From assembly GCA_965279035.1 (NCBI GenBank), contig OZ257142.1:1-64000 (forward strand): DNA of 64,000 bases, given 5' to 3'. Below the pieces are notes generated by a model. That model had not been told where the DNA came from and did not search any database. It saw only the letters and a program-made list of their open reading frames with translations. A program made the translations under genes and the position numbers. Origin of the DNA: Bacteroidia bacterium. Lineage in GTDB: Bacteria > Bacteroidota > Bacteroidia > M30B66. Positions 1 through 10,216 of this stretch are shown one piece after another. Within the stretch, counting starts at the first letter, position 1. Every line of letters begins with the position of its first letter.

Positions 1-332
1 AAATGATTGAAGGCTGCAATTTTGCAGATCGTATTTATGTGCATACAAGTAGTAAAAGCGCGTTAGAATTTCTCGCGAATTTCGAACGGGCACATCTTCC
101 CGAAGATCTCATTCCTGAAATTATTTTCCTCGATATCAACATGCCCATTATGGATGGGTTTCAGTTTGCCGAAGAATTTGGAAAATCTTGTCCGAAGATT
201 TACGATAAAATCAAAATCGTATTTCTCACCAGCTCACTCAATCCGGTAGATCAAAAAAGAGCGATGTCGGTTCGTGGAGTTTATTCCTTTTTGAATAAGC
301 CACTAGGAAAAGATCATCTCGATAAATTGTAA
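1..332 (+). CDS. Response regulator receiver (REC) domain protein, 5' end cut by window edge
   Basis: IIFLDINMPIMDGFQF phosphoacceptor motif, LTSS, FLNKPL; the N-terminal acidic pocket is missing, so the gene starts before base 1. Confidence 0.9.
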   Translation, partial: MIEGCNFADRIYVHTSSKSALEFLANFERAHLPEDLIPEIIFLDINMPIMDGFQFAEEFGKSCPKIYDKIKIVFLTSSLNPVDQKRAMSVRGVYSFLNKPLGKDHLDKL

Positions 333-371
333 TGCCCTCTGTTCTGCTAATGCGGAGCACCTCTATATATT

Positions 372-407
372 AGCCCAAAAGCAATTTGTTTTCGGGCTTT
401 CTTTTTT
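372..407 (+). terminator. Rho-independent terminator after REC gene
   Basis: agcccaaaa...ttttcgggct stem followed by ttctttttt. Confidence 0.65.
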
Positions 408-421
408 CCAAAATAGGACAT

Positions 422-453
422 AAAAAAACCCAGATACCGAAGCAGATGGGTTT
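422..453 (-). terminator. Rho-independent terminator for the minus-strand 483-aa gene
   Basis: On the minus strand: aaaccca-tctgc-TTCG-gtatc-tgggttttttt (UUCG loop, U-tract). Confidence 0.6.
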
Positions 454-472
454 AGATTTTTATTGAATCATC

Positions 473-1924
473 TTAGCGTTTCACTACTTGACTCAATGCT
501 TTTATAAAGCCTTCATCAATCTTAATGTATTCCAACATCCGATTGGATTTTTGGTTGAGTAATTCAAATTTCGAAAAGAGCTGACCAATTTTTTGGTCTA
601 CTTGACGAGCCGAAGAACTCATTTGTAATGATAAGATTTTGTAGAAAATAAGGGCATTTTCATATCCCATTTCATCATCAATCTCGCGGATTTTACGCGT
701 TACGCTCCGTAGCAAACTCGTTGCAGGATCGTATTTATTGATCATGGAATAATTCAAGGCCAATAACAACTTCACTTCAATTTCGGAATGTGGATAATTT
801 TTGAAACTGATGTCGTTGATGAGATTATTTAATATGTGAACGGCTTCCTGATATTTCTTCGCATAAAAGGCACTGGTGGCCATGTATTTCGAATAGTTGA
901 TATAATTCGGAATGTCGTTTTTATCGGGTTCGTAATTCGGAAGTAGCTTTTGATTTTGCTCGTACAGTTCGGTTTCAATACCTAATTCAACATATCGCTC
1001 AATTTTAGAGATAAGGAATTTGGTGGTGAAACAACAGTGATTAAACAAAAGGAATGAAGTCAGTTTTTTATCTACTTCCTCAAAATACTTAGATTCCTTC
1101 TTCGGCAAGTTGAGCTTATGATAATATTCAAAAGCTAGATTATTGAAAACCAATTGAAGATGCTGATAATTCGTGTCCTTACTGTATGTTGTAAAGATCT
1201 TCTCCATTTTAGCTAGTAGATCTTCAACCGGCTCATCGTCTTTTAAAGCATCTGCATTAGGTACATACAAAGCAAATGTAACATCAACAATGGCCTTATA
1301 AACTTGTAAGTGATGCGATTCGTAGAGATTGCAAATGTGCGCCATCTCTTGCTTGATCAAGGATAGATAATCTACTTGTGGTTTGTTGCGTGATGTGTAA
1401 TAATCACCCACGGTACGCATGAACGTGTTAAGCAAATCTTCTGCTTTATCAAGCGCAATGGTATATGCAAGGTGTTTATTGTAAAGTTGAGTGTATTCGT
1501 AATACTTTGGCGAGTTTACGTGTAACTTCTTTAAAGCACTATACACACTCGACAACTCATAAGGCATGTCGTAATTCTGAAGTTCAGATTCTAACTTCGA
1601 TAAAATGGCAATGGCTGTATCGCGATGTGTATCGTAAATAAGCGTTGGAATATTGGCCACTTTACGTAACAAGTCGATGATTGGAGTCGACATGTTATTG
1701 GTTAGAAAATCCTGAATCTTATCAAATAAACGCGACTTCAACGTATAGTAAGCGCTAGTGTTAACGCTTAGCATTTCTTGAATTTCTTCGTCGTTGTATT
1801 TATTCTCCCGATATAACTTCAGGAGTCTAAGATACTTGTCTGCCTTGGTTTCAATAAACTGTTGACACAGGTCATTGTACTCTTCTTCCTTGAGCTGCAG
1901 GACAATGCTCTTAAACTTGATCAT
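473..1924 (-). CDS. Hypothetical all-helical protein; possible N-terminal HTH plus TPR-like repeats (putative regulator)
   Basis: 483-aa ORF without signal peptide; EIQEMLSVNTSAYYTLKSRL resembles an HTH; amphipathic helical repeats such as YAKKYQEAVHILNNL. Confidence 0.55.
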   Translation of the reverse strand: MIKFKSIVLQLKEEEYNDLCQQFIETKADKYLRLLKLYRENKYNDEEIQEMLSVNTSAYYTLKSRLFDKIQDFLTNNMSTPIIDLLRKVANIPTLIYDTHRDTAIAILSKLESELQNYDMPYELSSVYSALKKLHVNSPKYYEYTQLYNKHLAYTIALDKAEDLLNTFMRTVGDYYTSRNKPQVDYLSLIKQEMAHICNLYESHHLQVYKAIVDVTFALYVPNADALKDDEPVEDLLAKMEKIFTTYSKDTNYQHLQLVFNNLAFEYYHKLNLPKKESKYFEEVDKKLTSFLLFNHCCFTTKFLISKIERYVELGIETELYEQNQKLLPNYEPDKNDIPNYINYSKYMATSAFYAKKYQEAVHILNNLINDISFKNYPHSEIEVKLLLALNYSMINKYDPATSLLRSVTRKIREIDDEMGYENALIFYKILSLQMSSSARQVDQKIGQLFSKFELLNQKSNRMLEYIKIDEGFIKALSQVVKR

Positions 1925-1979
1925 GCTCCCTTTTTGCCGACAATATATGTGATTTTTTCAATTACATATTCGATGTCGC

Positions 1980-4900
1980 TCAATTTTCATCAACAGTACT
2001 AAGAACATTTCCTTGCACTTGTTGGATGATTTCCCAGCTACCATCCTCATTCTGTTTCTCTATCACATAAAATCCAACTCCATTATCACCCCAACCGATG
2101 TAAGGAGTCCAATCAAGTTTGATAAAAATATCTCCTGCTGGCTCTGCTTTTAACACCACATTATCGCTGAATTCACCATAACGTCCTTCCAATCCACAGG
2201 TATTTGTTGCCATTATTTTGTAATAATACTTCACATGATCCACATCAACCGCTTCATCGATATAATAAGTTTGCTCATTACTTACTGTTTCAATCAAGAC
2301 AAAGTTGCTATTATCAGTCGAACGGAAAACCTTATATCCATTCACACGCTGTGGTTGAATCGTTGGGCGACTCCATTCGGTTAGAATAAATTGATTTTGT
2401 ACAACCGTCGATCGAGATGCATTCACTTGTTGATCTACAAACAAATTGGCAATTGGATCACTTAAGTCAAAGTCACTATCCGATTCAACGTGAGTTTGTC
2501 CATTTAATGCTTCTGCTTTAACTGAATACCGATATTTTACAGGACAAAATACAGATTGATCGTTATAGGTTGTTACATCACCGGGAACTGTTCCAAGATC
2601 AACAGTAATATTCACACTTTCTTCAGTTCGGAAAATCCGATAGGTTGATGGGATTTTACCAATGTATGGTGTCCAATTCACGTCAATGGTATTATCCATT
2701 CGAGTAATGGCTTCCACATTAATTGAACAATGCTCTATTAAACTATCCGATAGTACAGAATATCCGCAACGATCGACTGTTTCGAGTCTGTAGCAATACA
2801 CATTGTCGAAAGTATTGAGCCCATTATCATTATATGTGATTGTATGTGGATCGGTAATTTGAGCTTTCAGTTCGAAGATGCCTGTTTGAAGATTTTTTCG
2901 GTACAGGTTATAGCTTCCAAAATCTACTGCAATTGATTCTTCCCATTCGATGCTCACAGTTGATGGATCGACTACCGTAACACGCATAATTGGTGTTATT
3001 GGAGCGGGTAAGGTATCAAAAACTTGAATTAAAGATGGAACTGAAATCGTATCAGAACAACCGTGAATGCTAGTTACAGCTAAATCAACAGTGTAAAAAC
3101 CAGGATTATAATATACTTGAGTTGGATTTTCGGCCGATGAAGTTGATCCATTTCCAAAAGTCCAAGAATAAACTGGACTATCGAGTTGATACGACGTGTT
3201 TTCAAAACTCACCGATAATGGTGTACAACCTTCGGTTTGATTGATTGTAAAACCTGCAATTGGATTTTGATATGCTTCTACGTTATTTACAAATGCTGTG
3301 TCTTTACATCCAAACTCATTGGAAACAATCAATTTGATATCATAAACACCAGCATTGATGAAACTAAAAGCAGGCTCAAAATCAGTACTTGTTGAAATTC
3401 CTCCAAAGTCCCATGAATACAAAGTGCCACCTGTTGACTGATTATCAATTCCTAAAACTAAAGGAGCACATGAACTTGAATCGCTTAGTGTAAACTGAGC
3501 AACTGGGAAAGGATGAATTCCAAGTGGAACAGTCATACTATAGAATGCGCTACAACCTAAAGTATCTTGGGAGAAAAGGGTGACTACATAATTACCCACT
3601 TCGTTGTATATGAATGATGGGTTTTGTTCATGGCTCACGGTTCCTTCTCCAAAATTCCATTCCCATTCAACAGCACCATGGGAGAGGTCGGTAAATTGAA
3701 CAGAATTACCAACACAAGAGGAAAGTGAAGAAGCACTAAATGAAGTTGCTGGACCAAGCACAGTAACATATTGCAATCGCATTAAAGTATCAGAGCAACC
3801 ATTTGCATCTGTAACAGTGAGTTCGATATCATAAACTCCTGGAGAATCATATAGTTTGGTTGGATTATCAATGGTGGCATTGGTTCCATCACCAAAATCC
3901 CAGAACCAAGAAACCGCATTTGAAGAACTATCTACAAATTCTACAACCGAAGGTGCACAATTGGCTGGAGTTGGTGAAACAAAGTTTGCTTGAGGTCCAA
4001 TAACATGGATTGGAACTACTAAATGAGCAGTGTCTCTACAATTTGCTGATGAAGTAACAACTACATACGCATCAAAAACTCCATTTTGAGTATATACGTG
4101 ACTCGGGTTTGCGAGTGATGATGTGCCTCCATCCCCAAAATGCCATTGCCAATCAACATTGCCATCCATAGATGCGCTAAACTGCACTGGAAGCGGATTG
4201 CATTGTCCAACATAAGCTGCAGAAGCAGAAGCTTGAAAACGTGCTGGTCCTACTTTAGTAATACTCGAAGTACAACCAAATGCAGTAACAATCGATAGTG
4301 TTACAGAATCTGTTGGTATACTGTTATAAGTAATGAGTGGGTTTTGTTCTGTTGATGTAATACCGTTTCCAAAATCCCATAACCAAGAAGTAGCTCCTTC
4401 ACTTAAATCGTGGTATTGAACAGTGTATGGAACACATAATCCTGATTGAGTAAAATCGAAGTTTGCAGTTGCTCCATGCACCGTAATAACTTGTGGATAG
4501 GTGGAAGCAACAACACAATTAGTTAAACCCAAATCGTGAATTTCTTGTACAAATCCATAAACTCCTGGAGTTGTAAATGTTCGAGTAATTGGTCCTGAAT
4601 AGGAAGATCCATTCCAAGTTCCCAACGAAAAACCTTGACCATCGATATACCAAGCAACAGAACCATTACTTGTATTTACCAATGTTGTAGTTAATGGTGC
4701 GCATCCTTCTGTAGGTCCACTGATGGTCCAACCATTATGAGGAGCAGCAGCATAAATAGTATGAGGTAAAGTATAGGAAACTTCACAACCCGAAGGATAA
4801 ATTACGGTTAACTCAACTGTATAATATCCTGACTCGGTATAGTAATGACTAGGGTTTGCTTCGTTCGATGAAGTGCTATCACCAAATTCCCAATGAAAAG

Positions 4901-7802
4901 TAAATCCGGGGTTTGCTGATAAGCTATTTATAAAATTAACAGTGTCATTACAAATGGCATTGGGAAAATCGATGTTCGGTAATGGAGGACTCACTTGAAC
5001 ACTTTTCATTCTGGAAGAGTGACATCCAAGTGTATCAACCATTGTCATTAGAATGTTGTATGCTGAATTTGCATTTGCAAAATCATTACTCGCATTGATA
5101 GCATGTGAAATAAATCCATCACTAAAAGTCCAAGTAATTGTGTCGATGATTCCAGGATTTAAAGCAGCAACATCTACTTGAGTATGGTTACAAAAGGCTT
5201 GCTGACTTATGGTAAAATCGGGCGTTCCACCTCCTAGCAATATGGATTGATTGTATTGGATTGTTTGTAATCCGATATTGGTATTTGCTGTGTAAAAAAC
5301 GGTGTATATACCGGGTGAGGTATATTGATGAATTGGGTTTTGTTCGGTTGAAGTTTCTCCATCACCAAAATTCCAACTTATCACGGTATGCGTTTCGTCT
5401 TGCTTAAAAAATCGGATGACCATAGGAGCACATCCTCTTAACGGTTCGAGCAAAGGTTCTCCTTCACTTGGGAATGAACCACTACTTGAAGTATCTTGAT
5501 CGACCGCAACAGAATTTGCTTGGAACGGCGTTCCAGCTGATGATAAACTACAATCGGGTGTTTCGATTGAGAGAGTTACTACATAAGATCCATTTACTTG
5601 ATAGGTATGTACAGGATTCTCTTCAGTGGATGTTGTTCCATCTCCAAAGTTCCAAGTCCAGCTTGTTGCAGCAGGATTTGTTGAATGGAATTGCACATCT
5701 TGAGGAAATACATTTCCAACATAGGTGCTTGTAAACGTAGCTTGACTTGTAGCGAAGTTCACTGAATTGAAACCTATATAGGAGAATACACAACCCGCAG
5801 CTGTCGTGGTGGTTAATCCCACATGGTGAACATTCGTATTGGGGAAAACGTGAACAGGAGTTTCTTCGGTTGAAGTTGTTCCATCACCGAAATCCCAAAG
5901 CCAAGAAACTGCATCACTCGTTGTATCAGTAAATGTTACCGGAAAAGGCGGACACATGCCGATTTCAACCATAAACTGAGGAGGAATTCCTTCAACGTGT
6001 ATGGTTTGATAATTTGGATAGAAAACCATGCAGGGTGAACCATTGTCGACAAGAAGCGAGACAACATAATCTCCTGCAGTTTCATATTCGTGAGAAGGAT
6101 TGCTTAATGTTGATGTTGTTCCATCTCCAAAATCCCATAAATAACTTTGTCCGGGTTGAGGAGTAATGCTAAATGATGCTCCAAATGGTGCACATACTGT
6201 AATTGCAGGCGGTGGAGTGTATGAGGCAACCTCATAATTCACATCTATATAATTATGCATCACTAAAGTGTCGATGCAGCCATTGGTTCCAGTTGCAATC
6301 AATGTTACATCATATGAACCTAATTCTGAATATGTATGTGAAGGGCTTGCTACAGTTGAAGTCGTTCCATCACCAAAATTCCACAAATAACTTGTTGAAC
6401 CAGTAGAAAAGTTTGTAAACTGAACATTCAAAGGAGGACAACCAACAGTATCAGATGCTGTAAATGTTGCAACTGGACTAATAACATTCACCGCTGAGTT
6501 TATGACCATTTGTGCATGGCATCCATCGGCAGAAGTAACTGTCAAACGGATTGGATAAACTCCAGGACTTGTATAAATGTGTACTGGTTCGAAATCCGTT
6601 GAGTTAGTTAAATCCCAGAATTCCCAAAAGTAAGTGGATGCCCCTTGCGATAAATTGTCTGTAACAACAGCTAAAGGAGCACATCCAGAAGTATTACTAA
6701 GTGTAAAGTTTGCACTTGGAACAGAGTAAGCATGAATTAGATTGGTTGCAGTTGAAGTATAGCTACAACCATTTTGCATCGTAACAGTTAGTGAAGGAGA
6801 ATAAACTCCAGCCGTATTATAGGATACCAATTGGGATGCACTACTTGATGTTTGACCATTTCCAAAAGTCCAACTGTATGAACTAGCATTACTAATATTA
6901 GAAGTGAATGTTGTTCCCAACGAAACACACCCTGAAACCAATGAAGCCTGAATTTGAGGATTAACCGCTGGATAAACAGTTACATAATTAGTTTGAACAC
7001 GACTTTTAGTACATCCAAATGAATTGGTAACAGTCAAGCTAACTGTATATGTTCCTGGATTTGAATACGTTTTAAATGGAGAAGTGGAAGTGGAAGTTGT
7101 TCCATCACCAAAATCCCATAAGTAAGCGCTTGCATTTATTTGACTTGGAGTAAATTGGAATCCAATTGATGGAGAACATGAAATGACATTATCAACACTA
7201 AAATCAGCATTGGGCAATTCATTAATAGTAATTGCTTGAGGCAGATTATATACTGTGTTACATCCAATTGAATTCGTTGCCAATAGTGAGACATTGTAAG
7301 TTCCTGCCTCACTAAATGCTTTTGTCGGATTTAATTGAAGTGAAGAAGTTCCATCATCAAAATCCCAGAAATAACTAACGGCTCCTGTTGTTTGATTACT
7401 AAATGTAAAACTGGTTTGTTGAATACAACCTGTTAAAGCAGACGAAGTAAAAATGACGTTAGGGCCAGGTAATGCAGTTAAATAATTATTTTGAGTAAGA
7501 GTGTCACGTTGTCCATTTGAAGCAATGGCTATAAGAGAAACACTGTAAGTTCCCGGATTGACATATACATTCTGAGGATTTGTAAGGGATGAAAAATTCC
7601 CGTTTCCGAAAATCCATTGGTATGTTGAAGCTCCGGTTGAAGTATTGGTAAAATTTACGCTAAATGGAGAACAACCTTGCAATGCAGAAACACTAAAACC
7701 AGCAACGGGAGTTTGTGCAACTAAGATTGCTTCAACTCCTGACAAAAGCAGAATGACTAATGTCAGTGAACGTAAATGTTTCGTGTAAAGGTTTATCCTC
7801 AT
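1980..7802 (-). CDS. Large secreted PKD-repeat protein (~19 PKD domains) with 3.5 C-terminal FN3-like domains and no T9SS CTD
   Basis: Signal peptide ending ILVA|Q; ~19 W(D/N/T)FG(D/N)G...P.H.Y...G.Y.V.L repeats; FN3-like W...Y..YR...Y.D...Y.Y repeats; ends abruptly at STVDEN. Confidence 0.9.
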   Translation of the reverse strand: MRINLYTKHLRSLTLVILLLSGVEAILVAQTPVAGFSVSALQGCSPFSVNFTNTSTGASTYQWIFGNGNFSSLTNPQNVYVNPGTYSVSLIAIASNGQRDTLTQNNYLTALPGPNVIFTSSALTGCIQQTSFTFSNQTTGAVSYFWDFDDGTSSLQLNPTKAFSEAGTYNVSLLATNSIGCNTVYNLPQAITINELPNADFSVDNVISCSPSIGFQFTPSQINASAYLWDFGDGTTSTSTSPFKTYSNPGTYTVSLTVTNSFGCTKSRVQTNYVTVYPAVNPQIQASLVSGCVSLGTTFTSNISNASSYSWTFGNGQTSSSASQLVSYNTAGVYSPSLTVTMQNGCSYTSTATNLIHAYSVPSANFTLSNTSGCAPLAVVTDNLSQGASTYFWEFWDLTNSTDFEPVHIYTSPGVYPIRLTVTSADGCHAQMVINSAVNVISPVATFTASDTVGCPPLNVQFTNFSTGSTSYLWNFGDGTTSTVASPSHTYSELGSYDVTLIATGTNGCIDTLVMHNYIDVNYEVASYTPPPAITVCAPFGASFSITPQPGQSYLWDFGDGTTSTLSNPSHEYETAGDYVVSLLVDNGSPCMVFYPNYQTIHVEGIPPQFMVEIGMCPPFPVTFTDTTSDAVSWLWDFGDGTTSTEETPVHVFPNTNVHHVGLTTTTAAGCVFSYIGFNSVNFATSQATFTSTYVGNVFPQDVQFHSTNPAATSWTWNFGDGTTSTEENPVHTYQVNGSYVVTLSIETPDCSLSSAGTPFQANSVAVDQDTSSSGSFPSEGEPLLEPLRGCAPMVIRFFKQDETHTVISWNFGDGETSTEQNPIHQYTSPGIYTVFYTANTNIGLQTIQYNQSILLGGGTPDFTISQQAFCNHTQVDVAALNPGIIDTITWTFSDGFISHAINASNDFANANSAYNILMTMVDTLGCHSSRMKSVQVSPPLPNIDFPNAICNDTVNFINSLSANPGFTFHWEFGDSTSSNEANPSHYYTESGYYTVELTVIYPSGCEVSYTLPHTIYAAAPHNGWTISGPTEGCAPLTTTLVNTSNGSVAWYIDGQGFSLGTWNGSSYSGPITRTFTTPGVYGFVQEIHDLGLTNCVVASTYPQVITVHGATANFDFTQSGLCVPYTVQYHDLSEGATSWLWDFGNGITSTEQNPLITYNSIPTDSVTLSIVTAFGCTSSITKVGPARFQASASAAYVGQCNPLPVQFSASMDGNVDWQWHFGDGGTSSLANPSHVYTQNGVFDAYVVVTSSANCRDTAHLVVPIHVIGPQANFVSPTPANCAPSVVEFVDSSSNAVSWFWDFGDGTNATIDNPTKLYDSPGVYDIELTVTDANGCSDTLMRLQYVTVLGPATSFSASSLSSCVGNSVQFTDLSHGAVEWEWNFGEGTVSHEQNPSFIYNEVGNYVVTLFSQDTLGCSAFYSMTVPLGIHPFPVAQFTLSDSSSCAPLVLGIDNQSTGGTLYSWDFGGISTSTDFEPAFSFINAGVYDIKLIVSNEFGCKDTAFVNNVEAYQNPIAGFTINQTEGCTPLSVSFENTSYQLDSPVYSWTFGNGSTSSAENPTQVYYNPGFYTVDLAVTSIHGCSDTISVPSLIQVFDTLPAPITPIMRVTVVDPSTVSIEWEESIAVDFGSYNLYRKNLQTGIFELKAQITDPHTITYNDNGLNTFDNVYCYRLETVDRCGYSVLSDSLIEHCSINVEAITRMDNTIDVNWTPYIGKIPSTYRIFRTEESVNITVDLGTVPGDVTTYNDQSVFCPVKYRYSVKAEALNGQTHVESDSDFDLSDPIANLFVDQQVNASRSTVVQNQFILTEWSRPTIQPQRVNGYKVFRSTDNSNFVLIETVSNEQTYYIDEAVDVDHVKYYYKIMATNTCGLEGRYGEFSDNVVLKAEPAGDIFIKLDWTPYIGWGDNGVGFYVIEKQNEDGSWEIIQQVQGNVLSTVDEN

Positions 7803-7810
7803 CTTCTGTA

Positions 7811-8326
7811 CTATTGATCGCCCATTCCTTCTGCTACCAAGGTTACTCTACCTTTTTCTTCAGGTAAAGGCTTGTCGTTTAATCCTGTTGCTTTCACTTG
7901 ATATACATATACATCCGTACTTGTAATTTTTTCTCCTTGATAAGTACCATCCCATAGATTAGTAATGTCTTCTGATTCGAAAACCATTTCTCCCCAGCGA
8001 TTGAAAATCTGAAGCTTAAATTGTTTAATTCCTTCGGCTTTTACTCCAAAAAAGTCGTTAATACCATCTCCATTGGGTGTAAATGCACTTGGTATATACA
8101 TCGTTGGTTTTGGCATCGCCTCAGCAATATTTGATAAACTGCTTGTTGAGGCATTGGACATTTTGTAAGCGGTAATTCGATATCGTTTGTTCCCGTTTTG
8201 TGGAGTTGGTTGAAGTTGTTGAGCACTGATACTTCCCATGCAGAACAACATGATTAAGCCAAAAAACCCTCTTGTCAGAGTGGTCCGAGCTTTTCGGGTC
8301 TTTTTAAATGTTGTAGATGCTTCCAT
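7811..8326 (-). CDS. Small secreted protein consisting of two FN3-type strands plus a T9SS type-B (gliding motility-associated) C-terminal domain
   Basis: Signal peptide ISA|QQ; YRITAYK...SSLSN followed by IPSAFTPNGDGINDFF...IFNRWGEMVF...WDG...DVYVY...KGRVTLV. Confidence 0.9.
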   Translation of the reverse strand: MEASTTFKKTRKARTTLTRGFFGLIMLFCMGSISAQQLQPTPQNGNKRYRITAYKMSNASTSSLSNIAEAMPKPTMYIPSAFTPNGDGINDFFGVKAEGIKQFKLQIFNRWGEMVFESEDITNLWDGTYQGEKITSTDVYVYQVKATGLNDKPLPEEKGRVTLVAEGMGDQ

Positions 8327-8607
8327 AAGTACTTCTCATACTCGTTGAAGCCTATTACTGTTACCGAATCAAGCTCAAGCAATGAAGGAAACCTTTCAGG
8401 TGTAAGTTTTTTATGCGCTTTCTAAGACCTCATGTTCTATCTGTTTATTTTTCAGGATATTAACTTGTCATTTGTACTTTATTAGCCTAATTTTTTATGT
8501 AAGTTGAAAGGTGATTTTCATTTTATTGATCAAATCTGATTTCAATTTCAGAAAGCATTTCGGCATTCGGCAGAAAAAGTGTTAATTCGTAAAAGAGCTA
8601 TCGCGGA

Positions 8608-9771
8608 ATGCAATCGGTACCATTACATCTGATTATACCTGAAGAAGAAAGTGCTGGAGTTGAACTACTCAAAAAGGCATTTATTCCTCTCAATGGCGCA
8701 TTCAGTTTGAGTATTGTTAATAGCGATCTTCAATTAAGTAATCAAATTGAACTTGGAATTCGCATAGCAGTTTATGCTGGAAAACCCGATTATCTTAGTT
8801 GGCAAGAATGCGCTCGTCGACTTCGACAACAATCCCCAGAGGCCATTTTTATATTGATTTCGGATGATGAAAGTACTTCTTCGGCCATAACACAAGGAGC
8901 CGATTTACTCATCCGATTTACAGAAACCGAAAGCTTACCTCAAATCATCGGTGCCTTTTTAAAAAGACATTCTGTTAAAACGATTCAAGTAATTAAACCA
9001 AGTATTGATGTTGAGAATTCCGGTGAAAGCCTTAGTCAGCTTCAAGAAAAAAATAAGGAACTCGAAAAAATCAACTACGAACTTGATCGTTTTGTTTATT
9101 CTGCCTCGCATGATTTGAGATCACCATTGACTTCCGTTTTAGGCTTGTTAAACTTAATGCGTGAAGAAGTAAAAGATGATGGCACACATCATTTGGTTGC
9201 ATTAATGGAAGAAAGTATTCTCAAACTTGACAATACCATTCGAGACATTGTTGCCTATTCAAGGAACAACAGAACTGAAATCACCTTTGAGCCTGTTCGA
9301 ATTAAATCAATAGTAGATGATATCATCAACAATTTACGGTATCTCGAAACAGGAGATTTCAAAATTCCAGATCAAATTACCGTAATAGATTCGTCTGTTT
9401 TCCCTTGCGATCGTAATCGACTTCAAATTATCTTAAACAACCTTCTAGCAAACGCGATTCGGTATAGGCACCCAGCTCGAAAACCAAACATTATTGTTGA
9501 TTCCAAATTAAAAGGACAAATTGTAGAGATTACTGTTAGCGATAATGGAATTGGAATAAACGAACAACATATTGGTAAAATCTTCGATATGTTTTACCGA
9601 ACTGCCGATACTAGCGCCGGTTCCGGTTTGGGTTTATACATCGTGAAAGAAACAATCAAAAAATTAAATGGCAGTATTGAAGTGCGTTCACGCGTAAACG
9701 AAGGAACAACTTTCGTAATTACCTTACCACTTTCTCTTCATTCATCAATTAAAACGGGTGGAAATGAATAA
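8608..9771 (+). CDS. Cytoplasmic sensor histidine kinase with degenerate N-terminal receiver-like domain
   Basis: H-box FVYSASHDLRSPL, N-box NLLANAIRY, DNGIGI, IFDMFYR, GSGLGLYIV; no TM segment. Confidence 0.92.
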   Translation: MQSVPLHLIIPEEESAGVELLKKAFIPLNGAFSLSIVNSDLQLSNQIELGIRIAVYAGKPDYLSWQECARRLRQQSPEAIFILISDDESTSSAITQGADLLIRFTETESLPQIIGAFLKRHSVKTIQVIKPSIDVENSGESLSQLQEKNKELEKINYELDRFVYSASHDLRSPLTSVLGLLNLMREEVKDDGTHHLVALMEESILKLDNTIRDIVAYSRNNRTEITFEPVRIKSIVDDIINNLRYLETGDFKIPDQITVIDSSVFPCDRNRLQIILNNLLANAIRYRHPARKPNIIVDSKLKGQIVEITVSDNGIGINEQHIGKIFDMFYRTADTSAGSGLGLYIVKETIKKLNGSIEVRSRVNEGTTFVITLPLSLHSSIKTGGNE

Positions 9772-10153
9772 AGTCAAAACCGTTCTAATTATTGAAGATA
9801 GTGCGATTGATATTTTTATCAATACCAAAGTAATTAACCAAAGCGGATTATCTGAAGAAGTGATATCCCTTCCATCGGCTCGAGATGCCTTGATGTATTT
9901 AGAAATAAGTGCATCCAGAAATATCCTTCCTAATATTATCTTTCTAGATATCCGAATGCCCGATATGGATGGCTTTGAGTTTATGGTAGAATTTGCAAAA
10001 CTCTCTGAGGAAATTAAAACTAAGTGCAAAGTCGTTATGCTTTCCTCAACAATTGACCCCATTGAACTTGATAAAGCACGAAGTAATGAACTCATCTTTG
10101 CTTTTATTCCCAAGCCACTCACACGTTTAAAAGTAGAAGAGCTTTTTGCTTAA
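9758..10153 (+). CDS. Single-domain response regulator (REC); start may be 9764
   Basis: VLIIEDS, IIFLDIRMPDMDGFEF, MLSST, FIPKPL; overlaps the kinase stop. Confidence 0.92.
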   Translation: MEMNKVKTVLIIEDSAIDIFINTKVINQSGLSEEVISLPSARDALMYLEISASRNILPNIIFLDIRMPDMDGFEFMVEFAKLSEEIKTKCKVVMLSSTIDPIELDKARSNELIFAFIPKPLTRLKVEELFA

Positions 10154-10164
10154 TTAAATAAAAT

Positions 10165-10203
10165 AAAAAAACCGGCAAAACACTGATTTTGCCGGCTTTC
10201 TTT
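10165..10203. terminator. Bidirectional terminator between convergent genes
   Basis: aaaaaaa-ccggcaaaa-cactga-ttttgccgg-ctttcttt. Confidence 0.8.
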
Positions 10204-10216
10204 ATTATGATATTGC

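Noticed and set aside
1980-8326. Frameshifted or broken single gene, or split intein
   Set aside because: The tail-encoding gene lies upstream, both ORFs have their own signal peptides, and no intein motifs (N-terminal Cys, C-terminal HN) are visible
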